NCBI GenBank assembly: GCA_964187785.1
Contig: OZ076409.1
Span: forward strand, 75,022,001-75,086,000
DNA: 64,000 bases
Direction of reading: 5' to 3'
Source: Amphiscolops sp. MND2022
Lineage: Eukaryota
Shown: positions 1 to 12,096 of the stretch, piece after piece
How positions within the stretch are numbered: the stretch's first letter is position 1
Layout: each line of letters opens with the position of its first letter
Notes under the pieces: model-generated
Database searches by the model: none
Seen by the model: the letters and a program-made list of their open reading frames with translations, nothing else
Told to the model about the DNA's origin: nothing
Made by a program: the position numbers and the translations under genes

Positions 1-685
1 GTCTTTTTATCTTAACTTGATGTTGACTTATGATCTTTTGAGTAGCGTATAACACGTGATCACAGTAGTGAAAACCCTAATTTTCAAAAATTTTCAAACC
101 ATAACGCATGAAAAGAACCTGGAAAAGGTTCCGATGGGTCAGTTGGGATGTCTGAAGCATGTGTACATTCCCGTAGTGTATAGCGGATGTATTTGGGACT
201 TATTAGAAATTGTGATATGTTTTATACAAGTCTTTGTTTCTCTTAGAATCTTATGCAGTTGAGTACATTCCATCTCCCTCTCAGGGGAGATGTGAATGTA
301 CGTTTGCCAAATGCCTTGTATATTTCACATCTTTGATGGATTCAAATAACTAAACAAGTGTGATTTGCGTTTGCCGAACCACTGCGACAAAACATCCTAA
401 ATCTATAGCGAGTATGTATGGTTTTTGTCTTTAGTGTTTCGTCTTGTGTAGCCGACTTCCACATCCAAATATCAACGCCCGCCGTCCGTAGGCATGCCGA
501 GGCATGCCTTTCGACGACGTATGCCAAATGCCCAATGCCACGCTGTCATTATCGCTAGGTGCCGGGATTTCTATTCGTTCGAGTATGTGGCGCGTGTGGG
601 TAGGGCCCCTGGCGCGCTCTTTTATTTCGGGTACACCTACTCCAAATTCACGATGTGATTTCGACGATCTCGTAAACTAGCCACA

Positions 686-926
686 CGATTTGGCTGAAAT
701 TTGGCACACGTACCCCCCTTGGCACGGTGAAGATGATTCCCTACTGACGTTTTGCCCGCTAAACATTTTTTGTTGACCAAAATAACGGTTTTTGGTGGAA
801 AATTTTCAACTTTTTTTAAATTTCATCTTATATCTCGCCCCAGGTTTACGCTAGCGCTTCAAAACCTTGCTGACGAAAGTTTGCAAACTGTCTCAGGAAT
901 GCGGTGTGAAATTTTTAGCTCAATCG
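686..926. repeat. Imperfect internal inverted repeat within segment A (representative)
   Basis: CGATTTGGCTGAAATTTGGCACA (686-708) versus TGTGAAATTTTTAGCTCAATCG (905-926). An ATATCTC...GAGATAT pair also brackets the second arm. Recognisable in most A variants. Confidence 0.7.
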
Positions 927-1025
927 GACTTAAACTCGAGGAGATATAGCGTTTTTCCGGAGCGGGGGGGTTTCATTTTTCTAACGGTCCAGCGTATCTT
1001 TGCCATTTTTTCGAAAATGCACTCG

Positions 1026-1130
1026 CCTAAAGGCCTCCCCTGGCCGGTTTTACTCCCAAAAAAACCATTTGGCCCTAAATACGGGGTTTCAGCGTTCTAG
1101 CATTTTCGGGCGAAAAGTTGTGGGACTTAG
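1026..1130 (+). repeat. Conserved central box of standard monomers (CCTAAAGGCCTCCCCTGGCCGGTTT...AAAACCATTTGGCCCTAAATACGGAGTTTCAGCGTTC...GGGACTTAG), representative copy
   Basis: Present near 1026, 2335, 4911, 7449, 19010, 50674, 54482, 58291 and in the other standard monomers, between otherwise divergent A and B segments. Confidence 0.9.
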
Positions 1131-1531
1131 AAAATTTCAAAAATTTTCAAAAAATTTTTTTTCCGTTTTTTGGGCCCCCAATGTGGGGGAAAGGACCCCC
1201 CAACCAGTATTTTGAGTGAATGCATGTGCAAAGCGCTTTTTTAGAGGAGAAAAATGTCGTTTAGAACGTCTTTTTATCTTTACTCAACGTTGACTTATGA
1301 CGTTTTGAAGGTGATGTAAAGAGGTGTGAAGCACGTGAAAAGTAAACGTTATGAGTATTTATTTGATCTGAAAGCCATTCAGATGCAATCTGATTTGCCC
1401 AAAATGTAATTCATTTCAGTTTAGCAGTCAATCAACACCCTTTGTTGTCGTTTGACATATTTTTTTGTTGATATAATAAAAAATTTTGTGTATTTATTTA
1501 TTTTTTTCTCATCGAATAACTTGAAACAGTT

Positions 1532-1575
1532 GAGTACATTCCATCTCCCTTCCCGGGGGAGATGAGAATGTACTC
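1532..1575. other. H2: conserved 44-nt bulged hairpin (representative of ~44 copies)
   Basis: GAGTACATTC pairs with GAATGTACTC and CATCTCCC pairs with GGGAGATG, with one unpaired A on the 3' arm. The loop varies (TTCCCGG, CCTTGTGG, TTTCGG, TTCACGG). It is usually preceded by AAACAGTT and starts about 230-250 bp before H1. Other copies start at 261, 2822, 5383, 7956, 28039, 31817, 48284 and 63934. Confidence 0.95.
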
Positions 1576-1781
1576 GCAAAAAGCCCCGAACTATGGCCCT
1601 TACCTTCCCGAGCTACGCAGTATAAAGATTGCATATTGGTTTCGACATTTTGTTAGAGTTATATCTTGGTAATCTGTCTGGATATGCAGAAAAATCAGCA
1701 CGTGCCTTTTTATACCAAGTTGCTCACAACGACAATTATTTTATATCAACGCCCCCATATTTATCAACGCCCCCCGTCCGT

Positions 1782-1801
1782 GGGCATGCCGAGGCATGCC
1801 C
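1782..1801. other. H1: conserved 20-bp palindrome/hairpin GGGCATGCC-GA-GGCATGCCC (representative of 47 intact copies)
   Basis: 9-bp perfect inverted repeat with a 2-nt loop, embedded in CCGTCYGT-H1-TTCGACGAC. It is nearly invariant while the flanking segments differ completely between monomer types. Confidence 0.97.
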
Positions 1802-1843
1802 TTCGACGACGTGCACCAAGATATACCCCGAACGCGGTAGCAG

Positions 1844-1850
1844 CTAGGTG
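1844..1850 (+). other. Invariant monomer junction CTAGGTG (representative; one follows every intact H1)
   Basis: Seen at 555, 1844, 6982, 12097, 13385, 14658, 18520, 19801, 23702, 25091, 26363, 28556, 29944, 32320, 33708, 34990, 46605, 48796, 50184, 54010, 59104, 60391, 62951 and others, about 35-55 nt after the end of H1. Sequence type changes at this point. Confidence 0.9.
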
Positions 1851-4800
1851 GCCGGAAATTTTTTTTTTCAGCAAAATCTTTGCCATTGGGGGAGGGGCCC
1901 CGGATGGCCAGTAGTACGGGATAGCTTCCTACCAAATCCAGGCGGAAAAAACGTGATTTTGGAAACTAGCCGTCAGAATTTGCTCAAAATTTGCATACGG
2001 CTTCCTATGACAATCCTAAGAACTAATCCCCACTGGCATTTTGCCCAAAAAACGCAAAAAGTTGGTCAAAATCTTAGTTTTTTGGTCAAAAAATGGCAAT
2101 TTTTCGAAAAAAAATTTTTTCAGAGACAATTACTCGTAACTGGTTCACCCAGCGCAAAAACGCCTAGCTGATTTATTGTTGGGCACTTCACGAGGAGTGC
2201 GTATACAAATTTTCGTCCAGATCGGAAGAAAAATGACTAAGTATTAGCCGGAATTCGGACGCATTTTTTCGCAAAATTTTGAAAACCTAGTCTATCTCTG
2301 CCGTTTTTTGCCCAGATTTTTTTCCAGGTCCTCTCCTAAAGGCCTCCCCTGGCCGGTTTACTTCCCAGAAAAACCATTTGGCCCTAAATACGGAGTTTCA
2401 GCGTTCTAGCATTCCCGGGCGAAAAGATGTGGGACTTAGAAAAAATTCAAAATTTTTCAAAAAATTTTTTTTTCGTTTTCCGGCCCCCCATTGAAGGGGA
2501 ACGACCCCCCAACGAGGATTTTTGGTGAATTCACGTGGAAAGGCCTTGTTTTGTGGAGAAAATTGCCGTTTAGAGCGACTTTTTATCTTAACTTGACGTT
2601 GACCTCTGTCGTTTTGAATTTGATATTAGTATGTGTTGAGCATGTGAAAAGTTGATGATTTCAGTTGTTCTCTCGTGTTCAAGCCATTGAGATACAAGCG
2701 GTAGTGATCAAAATGTGATTTATCGCAATTTGGTGGTGCTTTTGGTGTATTTTGATTCTTTTAAATAAAAAGTTGTCCTTTATATATTTGGTGTATTGAT
2801 TCAAATTAACAAGAAACAGTTGAGTACATTTCATCTCCCCCCTTGTGGGGGAGATGAGGATGTACCCGCTAAATGACACGCACAATGGCCCACTTTTATT
2901 TTTATGCGACGTTTTCTAGGCTTTTGCGCAAGCCCACCAAAATTTAGACTGGTTTCTTTTTCTTTTACTTCAAAATTTTCCGTACTAACCACCTTACGCA
3001 CCACCAGCTCAACGTAACATCTGTAACGTCAACGCCACACACTCTCACTAACGCCCACCGTCCGTGGGCATGCCGAGGCATGCCCTTCGACGACGTATGC
3101 CAAATAGCGCCACAGGGCGCAAACTTGTCCGCTAGGTGCCGGGATTTCTATTCGATAAAGTATGTGGCGCGCCTTGGGTAGGGTCCCTTGCGCGCTCTTG
3201 GGTATGGTGTTCACCAGCTAGGAAATAGGGGTCGATTTTTCGGGATCTCCTAAACTAGCCACACGATTTGGCTGAAATTTGGCACACGTACTCCCCTCGG
3301 CACGGTGAAGATGATTTCCTACTGACGTTTTTCCCGCAAAATTTTTTTTGTTGTCCAAAATAACGGTTTTTGGGGTAAAATTTTGAACTTTTTTTAAATT
3401 TCATCTTATATCTCGCCACGGGTTTACGCTAGCGCTTCAAAACCCTGCTAAAGAAACCTTGCAAACTGTCTCAGGAATGCGGTGTGAAATTTTCAGCTCA
3501 ATCGGACTTAAACTCAGGGAGATATAGCGTTTTTCCGGAGCGGGGGGGTTTCATTTTTCTAACGGTCCAGCTTATCTTTGCCATTTTTTCGAAAATGCAC
3601 TCGCCTAAAGGCCTCCCCTGGCCGGTTTTATTCCCAGCAAAACCATTTGGCCCTAAATACGGAGTTTCAGCGTTCCAGCATTCCCGGGCGAAAAGTTGTG
3701 GGACTTAGAAAATTTCAAAATATTTCAAAAAATTTTTTTCCGTTTTCCGCCCTCCCCCCCTAGGGGAAAAGACCCCCCAACCAGTAATTTGAGTGAATTC
3801 ATGTGGAAAGGCCATTTTTAGAGGAGAAAAATACCGTTTAAATCGTCTTTTTATCTTTATTCAACGTTGACTTATGACGTTTTGAAGGTGATGTTTGGAG
3901 GTGTGAAGCACGTGAAAAGTAAACGTTATGAGTATTTATCTGATCTGAAAGCCATTGAGATGCAACCTGTTTTGCTCAAAACGTAATTCATATCAGTTTG
4001 GTAGTCAATCAACACCCTTTGTTGTCATTTGACATCTTTTTTTTTGTTGATATAAGAAAAAATTTCGTGTATTTATTCATTTTTTTCTCATCAAATAACT
4101 TGAAACCGTTGAGTACATTCCATCCCCCCTTCACGGGGGAGATGAGAATGTACTCGCAAAAAGCCCCGAACTACGGCCCTTACCTTCCTGAGCTACGCAG
4201 TATAAAGATTGCATATTGGTTCCGACATTTTGATAGAGTTATATCTTGGTAATCTGTCTGGGTATGCAGAAAAACCAGCACGTGCTTTTTTATACCAAGT
4301 TGCTCACAACGACATTTATTTTATATCAACGCCCCCATATTTATCAACGCCCCCCGTCCGTGGGCATGCCGAGGCATGCCCTTCGACGACGTATACCAAG
4401 ATATGTTCGAGCGCGTTAGCCTAGGTGGCCGGAAATTTTTTTTTCATCAAAATCTTTGCCATTGGGGGAGGGGCCCCGGATGGCCAGTAGTACGGCATAG
4501 CTCCCTACGGAATCCAGGCAGAAAAAACGTGATTTTGGAAACTAGCCGTCAGAATTTGCTCAAACTTTGCATACGGCTTCCTATGACAATCCTAAGAACT
4601 AATCCCTACTGGCATTTTGCCCAAAAAACGCAAAAAGTTGGTCAAAATCTTAGTTTTTTGGTCAAAAAATGGCGTTTTTTCGAAAAAAAAAATTTTCAGA
4701 GACAATTACTCGTAACTGGTTCACCCAGCGCAAAAACGCCTAGCTGATTTATTGTTGGGCACTTCATGAGGAGTGCGTATACAAATTTTCGTCCAAATCG

Positions 4801-7800
4801 AATAAAAATTGATTGAGAAATAACTGAAAATTTGAGGCATTTTTTTGGAAATTTTTGAAATCCCAGTCTATCTCTGCCGTTTTTTGCCCAGATTTTTTTC
4901 CAGACACTTTCCTAAAGACCTCCCCTGGCCGGTTTACCTCCCAGCAAAACCATTTGGCCCTAAATACGGAGTTTCAGCATTCCAGCAAACCCCGGGTAAA
5001 ACATAAATGACTTAGAATTTTTTCGAAAAATTTTCAAAAAATTTTTTTTTCAAATTCAGGCCTCCCAAAGTCAAGAAACTTCCACACAACTAGGATTGCA
5101 AGTGATAGCATGTGGAAAGTGCTTGAATAGACGAGAATAATTAGCTATTATACGACTCTGTAGCTTAACCTGACGTTGACTTATGATAATTTTAGTGTGA
5201 GCTTCGTATGTGCTGAAAAAATCAAAAAAACCTAAAAGTTTTTAAAAGTAATCAGAATACGTCCAATCAACCCCAGAGCTGTTAAATTGCCGTTGTGCAG
5301 TGGAGCAACACCATTTAGAGTGTTTTGACCCATTTTGATAAGTTTTGATACCGTCTTGTTCATCCGATAGCACAAAACAGTTGAGTACATTCCATCTCCC
5401 TCCTTGTGGGGGAGATGAGAATGTACTCGCTAAAAGTCAGGTACTATAGCGCCCATTTTGTTTTATTCGACGCTAGTGATGCTATTGCACACGAATACAA
5501 TAGTTTTGTCAAATCATGTTTGACCTGATGAATCTTACTATACCTTTAGTTTACGTTAACCTACTACTACAACATCGCATCCGTAACGTCAACGCCACAT
5601 ACTCGCGTCAACGCCCACCGTCCGTGGGCATGCCGAGGCATGCCCTTCGACGACGTATGCCAAATAGCGCCACAGGGCGCAAACTTGTCCGCTAGGTGCC
5701 GGGATTTCCATTCGATAAGGAATTCTGCGCGTGTGGGTAGGGCCCCTGGCGCGCTCCTGTGTTTTCGGTTTTCCTACTCCTAAATAGGCCCCCTGAATTC
5801 CGGGATCTCGTAAACTAGCCATACGATTTGGCTGAAATTTGGCACACGTACCCCCCTCGGCACGGTGAAGATGATTTCCTACTGACGTTTTTCCCGCTAA
5901 ACATTTTTTGTTGACCAAAATAACGGTTTTTGGGGTAAAATTTTCAATTTTTTTTAAATTTTATCTTATATCTCGCCACGGGTACTTGCTAGCGCTTTCA
6001 AACCTTGCTGACGAAAGTTTGCAAACTGTCTCAGGAATGCTGTGTGAAATTTTCAGCTCAATCGGACTCAAACTCGAGGAGATATAGCGTTTTTCCGGAG
6101 CGGGGGGGTTTCATTTTTCTAACGGTCCAGCTTATCTTTGCCATTTTTTCGAAAATGTACTCGTCTAAAGGCCTCCCCTGGCCGGTTTTATTCCCAGCCA
6201 AACCATTTGGCCCTAAATACGGAGTTTCAGCGTTCCAGCATTTCCGGGCGAAAAGTTGTGGGACTTAGAAAATTTCAAAAATTTTCAAAAAATTTTTTTT
6301 CCGTTATTTGGGCCCCCAAAGTGGGGGAAAAGACCCCCCAACCAGTAAAGCAAGTGAATGCATGTGCAAAGCCCTTGTTTGGACGAGAAAAATGCCGTTT
6401 AGAACGTCTTTTTATCTTGACTCAACGTTGACTTATGACGTTTTGAAGGTGATGTTTGGAGGTGTAAAGCAAGTGAATAGTAAACGTTAAGAGTATTTAT
6501 CTGATCTGAAAGCCATTGAGATGCAATATGGTTTGCTCAAAACGTAATTCATTGCAGTTTGGCAATCAATCAACACCCTTTGTTGTCGTTTGACATACTT
6601 TTTTGTTGTTATAATAAAAAATTTTGTGTATTTATTCATTTTTTTCTCATCAAATAACTTGGAACAGTTGAGTACATTCCATCCCCCCCTTCCGGGGGAG
6701 ATGAGAATGTACTCGCAAAAAGCACCGAACTACGGTCCTTACCTTCCCGAGCTACGCAGTATAAGGATTACATATTGGTTCCGACATTTTCATAGAGTTA
6801 TATCTTGTTAATCTGTCTGGATATGCCGAAAAATCAGCACGTGCCTTTTAATACCAAGTTGCTCACAACGACAATTATTTTATATCAACGCCCCCATATT
6901 TATCAACGCCCCCCGTCCGTGGGCATGCCGAGGCATGCCCTTCGACGACCCGCACCAAAATATGCGTTAGCGCGGTAGCTGCTAGGTGGCCGTGTCTTTT
7001 CGACGTGCTTTTGCATTGAGGAGTGGGTAGGGCCCCGCGACGACCTAGAAGAATTGGATGCTCACCGAAACGTGCAGAATTCTACGAGATCTCATAGTTT
7101 GAGCCATACGATTTTGCTGAAATTTGGCATGTGGCCTGGAATTGGTGAGTAGGTAAAACGTGTAGAAGGTAATTTTTCCCAAATTCCACTGTGAGAGGAG
7201 ATATGGGCAAATAACGGTCCCAAAAATGGCAAAAATGCACTTTTTTCAACTTTGTCAGCCCATATCTCGTTCCCAGGTGCCCGGAGCGGGACGCGTTAAG
7301 CTGATTATAAACTCTAGGGTGTTGAGGCTGTACGGGGAAGTCAGGCCCGTTCCGATCGGACTTGTAGTCTTGGAGAAATAACGGTATTTTTGGGGAACCT
7401 TTTCTAACGGTCCAGCTTATCTTTGCCATTTTTTCGAAAATGTACTCGCCTAAAGGCCTCCCCCTGGCCGAATTTACTCCCAGCAAAACCATTTGGCCCT
7501 AAATACGGAGTTTCAGCGTTCCAGCATTCCCGGGCGAAAAGTTGTGGGACTTGGAAAATTTTCAAAAATTTTCAAAAATTTTTTTTTCGTTTTCCGGGCC
7601 CCCAATGAAGGGGAAACGACCCCCCAACCAGTATTTTGAGTGAATTCATGTGGAAAGCCCTTGTTTTGACGAGAAAAATACCGTTTAGAACATCTTTTTA
7701 TCTTGACTCAACGTTGACTTATGACGTTTTGAATGTGATGTAAGGATGTAGGAGGCATGTGATAAGTTGATGTTTTGAGTCTTTATCTCATATGAAAGCG

Positions 7801-10800
7801 GTTGAGATGCAAGCTGTCCTGCTCAAAACGTCTTTCGTTGTAATTTTCCAGTGCACCAATACCCTTTGGTGTCATATAAACATACTTTTTGTCGATATAT
7901 TAACAATTTTAATGTATTTATTCCAATTTTTATTATCTTATAACTCAAAACAGTTGAGTACATTTCATCTCCCTTTCGGGGGAGATGAGAATGTACTCGC
8001 TAAAGACCTAGCGCCATGACCAAAAGTTTGAAACCCACGTTTTTTATCTTCTTACAGACTTGTTTTTGTATTTTTTCGGAATTTTTTAAAAATTAATATA
8101 CTTGAAATACATTACTTGACTTTACTACTACAATCCACCTCCAACGTCAACGCCCCCCTGCTTGCATCAACGCCCGCCGTCCGTAGGCATGCCGAGGCAT
8201 GCCTTTCGACGACGTATGCCAAATACCCAATGCCACGCTGTCATTATCGCTAGGTGGCCGTGTCTTTTCGACGTGCTTTTGCATCGAGGAGTGGGTAGGG
8301 CCCCGCGACGACCTAGAAGAATTGGATGCTCACCGAAACGTGCAGAATTCTACGAGATCTCATAGTTTGAGCCATACGATTTTTCTGAAATTTGGCATGT
8401 GGCCTGGAATTGGTGAGTAGGTAAAACGTGTAGGAGGTAATTTTTCCCAAATTCCATTGTGAGAGGAGATATGGGCAAATAACGGACCCAAAAATGGGGA
8501 AAATGCTTTTTTTTCAAGTTTGTCAGCCCATATCTCGTTTCCACGTGCTCGGAGCGGGACGCGTTAAGCTGATTATAAACGCTACGGTGTTGGGGCTGTA
8601 CGGGGAACTTAGGCTCGTTTCGATCCGATAAGTGGTCTTGGAGAAATAACGGTATTTTTGGGGGTTTCCGGGTTAAAATTTTTAACGGTCCAGCTTATCT
8701 TTGCCATTTTTTCGAAAATGTACTCGCCTAAAGGCCTCCCCCTGGCCGAATTTACTCCCAGCAAAACCATTTGGCCCTAAATACGGAGTTTCAGCGTTCC
8801 AGCATTCCCGGGCGAAAAGTTGTGGGACTTGGAAAAATTTTAAAAATTTTCAAAATTTTTTTTTACGTTTTCCGGGCCCCCAATGAAGGGGAAACGACCC
8901 CCCAACCCTTATTTTGAGTGAATGCATGTGGAAAGGCCATGGTTAGAGGAGAAAAATGCCGTTTAGATTGTCTTTCTATTTTAACTTGACATTGACTTAT
9001 GACGTTTTGAATGTGATGTTAGGATGTGTGAGGCATGTGAAAAGTTGATGTTTTGAGTCTTTATCTCATATGAAAGCAATTGAGATGCACGCTGTCCTGC
9101 TCAAAACGTCTTTCGTTGTAGTTTTCCAGTGCACCAGAACCCTTTGGTGTCATTTGAACATACTTTTCTTCGGTTTATTAACATTTTTAATGTATTTATT
9201 CCAATTTTTATTATCTTATAGCTCAAAACAGTTGAGTACATTTCATCTCCCTTTCGGGGGAGATGAGAATGTACTCGCTAAAGACCTAGCGCCATGACCA
9301 AAATTTGAAGCGCACGTTTTGTATCTTCTTACAGACTTGTTTTTGTATTTTTTCGGATTTTTCTAAAAAAATGATAATATACTTGAAATACATTACTTGA
9401 CTTTACTACTACATTCCACCTCCAACGTCAACGCCCCCCTGCTTGCATCAACGCCCACCGTCCGTGGGCATGCCGAGGCATGCCCTTCGACGACGTATGC
9501 CAAATGCCCAGTGCCACGCAGTCTTTCCCCGCTAGGTGCCGGTGTCTTTTTACACAATGGGGGAAGTTGCGCGGTTGGGGAGGGTCCCTGACGCGCTTCC
9601 GTGAGATCAGGTTTTTCAACTAGTGAAATCGACAAAGAAAATTGAGATCTCGTAAACTAGCCATACGATTTGGCTGAAATTTGGCACACGTACCCCCCTC
9701 GGCACGGTGAAGATGATTCCCTACTGACGTTTTGCTCGCTAAACATTTTTTGTTGACCAAAATAACGGTTTTTGGGGTAAAATTTTCAACTTTTTTTAAA
9801 TTTCATCTTATATCTCGCCACGGGTTTACGCTAGCGCTTCCAAATCCTGCTGACGAAACCTTGCAAACTGTCTCAGGAATGCGGTGTGAAATTTTCAGCT
9901 CAATCGGACTCAAACTCGGGGAGATATAGCGTTTTTCCGGAGCGGGGGGGTTTCATTTTTCTAACGGTCCAGCTTATCTTTGCCATTTTTTCGAAAATGC
10001 ACTCGCCTAAAGGCCTCCCCTGGCCGGTTTTATTCCCAGCAAAACCATTTGGCCCTAAATACGGAGTTTCAGCGTTCCAGCATTCCCGGGCGAAAAGTTG
10101 TGGGACTTAGAAAATTTCAAAAAGTTTCAAAAATTTTTTTTCCGTTATTTGGGCCCCCAAAGTGGGGGAAAAGACCCCCCAACCAGTAAAGCAAGTGAAT
10201 GCATGTGCAAAGCCCTTGTTTAGAGGAGAAAAATGCCGTTTAGAACGTCTTTTTATCTTGGCTCAACGTTGACTTATGACGTTTTGAAGGTGATGTTTGG
10301 AGGTGTAAAGCACGTGAATAGTAAACGTTATGAGTATTTATCTGATCTGAAAGCCATTGAGATGCAATATGGTTTGCTCAAAACGTAATTCATTGCAGTT
10401 TGGCAATCAATCAACACCCTTTGTTGTCGTTTGACATACTTTTTTGTTGTTATAATAAAAAATTTTGTGTTTTTATTCATTTTTTTCTCTTCAAATAGCT
10501 TGAAACAGTTGAGTACATTCCATTCCCCCCTTCCGGGGGAGATGAGAATGTACTCGCAAAAAGCACCGAACTACGGCCCTTACCTTCCCGAGCTACGCAG
10601 TATAAGGATTACATATTGGTTCCGACATTTTCATAGAGTTAAATCTTGGTAATCTGTCTGGATATGCAGAAAAATCAGCACGTGCCTTTCAATACCAAGT
10701 TGCTTACAACGACAATTATTTTATATCAACGCCCCCATATTTATCAACGCCCCCCGTCCGTGGGCATGCCGAGGCATGCCCTTCGACGACGTATACCAAG

Positions 10801-12096
10801 ATATACATAAGCGCGGTAGCCGCTAGGTGCCGGGATTTCCATTCGATAAGGTATTCTGCGCGTGTGGGTAGGGCCCCTGGCGCGCTCTTGTGTTTTCGGT
10901 TTTCCTACTCCAAATTCACACCCCAGTTATCTCCGATCTCGTAAACTATCCATACGATTTGGCTGAAATTTGGCACACAGCTTCGTTGGAACATTGTAAG
11001 AACAAATCCCTACTGACGTTTTGCACGCTAAACATTTTTTGTTGGTCAAAAATGCGATTTTCCGACAAAATTTTTGACTTTTTTTTCTTTTTCAACTCAT
11101 ATCTCGCCACAGGGTCACGCTAGCGCATTGCAACCTATGATCCTTTTTTGTAGGGCATTGCATGTAGAACACGTATGCCAATTTTGGTGGCGATAGGACT
11201 TAAACTCAGGGAGATATAACGATTTTTTAGGTGCATTTTTTGACATTTTTTGCATTTGCTGATTTATCTTTGCCGTTTTTTGCCCAGATTTTTTTTGAGA
11301 CACTCTCCTAAAGACCTCCCCTGGCCAGTTTACCTCCCAGCAAAACCATTTGGCCCTAAATACGAAGTTTCAGCGTTCTAGCAATCCCGGGCGAAAAATT
11401 ATGGGACTTAGAAAATTTTTTTGAAAACGCAAAATGTGTAAAGTCAACTTCAGGCCTCCCAAAGTCAAGGAACTTTCACACAACTAGGATTACAAGTGGA
11501 TGCATGTGGAAAGTACTGGGATAGACGAGAAAAATGAGCTATAGAACGACTCTGTAGCATAACTTGATGTTGACTTATGATGTTTTGAATGTGTGCTTGC
11601 TAAGGGGTCCGAAATTGAAAATTTTTAAAGAAAATTAATATCGTCAAAAATTCATCGAAATGCCTGCAATATACAGTAGAGCGTGTTCAATTGTAGCTGA
11701 CTAATGCATCAACGCAACTCAAGGTCTTTTAACTCAGTTTCAAATTTTTTTACACTGTATTATCCATCCGAGAGATCGAAACAGTTGAGTACATTCCATC
11801 TCCCTCCCGGGGGAGATGAGAATGTACTCGCTAAAGTCCAGATACCACAGCCCATAATTGTTTCTCTGCAACGCCATCTATGCTACTGCACATAACTACT
11901 AATCTTAGGACTGAATTTTGCCTTCGCTTTGACTTGACATATGCTGAAGGTTTGATCCTTTCACACATCAATATTACCTGAACAAAACAACCCTAACATC
12001 AACGCCCCACACTCACATCAACGCCCACCGTCCGTGGGCATGCCGAGGCATGCCCTTCGACGACGTATACCAAGATATACATAAGCGCGGTAGCCG

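Noticed and set aside
1186..1207. Kinetoplast minicircle concatemer (conserved blocks, bent A-tracts, ~1.3-kb units)
   Set aside because: I found no CSB-3 GGGGTTGGTGTA; the nearest sequence (CTGGTTGGGGGG on the - strand) does not match.
1522..1529. TGAAACAG, the reverse complement of the nematode 21U-piRNA upstream motif CTGTTTCA
   Set aside because: Other monomers have CAAAACAG, AAAGCAG or ATGCAG here, the motif abuts H2, and the downstream sequence is repetitive rather than unique. Most likely coincidence.
1529..1575. Integron attC site (GTTGAGT fits GTTRRRY; bulged hairpin; cassette-like array)
   Set aside because: GTTRRRY is at the wrong end of the hairpin with no matching RYYYAAC, the units contain no ORFs, and the reshuffling point is CTAGGTG rather than this site. 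Only the analogy is retained.
1532..1801. Rho-independent terminators or bacterial REP elements at H1 and H2
   Set aside because: There are no upstream genes, no consistent U-tract after the stems and no bacterial gene context anywhere in 64 kb.
555..1843. Firm annotation of monomers as canonical Helitron, MITE or LTR elements
   Set aside because: No 5' TC start, terminal inverted repeats, target-site duplications, TG...CA ends or coding capacity are visible. Kept only as a hypothesis in the findings.
1802..1870. Spliced-leader RNA or snRNA gene array (AG|GT within CTAGGTG, T-rich Sm-like tract downstream)
   Set aside because: The would-be exon is the most variable part of the monomer, the T tract is present in only some monomer types, and I recognise no known SL, U snRNA, 5S or tRNA sequence. 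An Rfam search would settle this.
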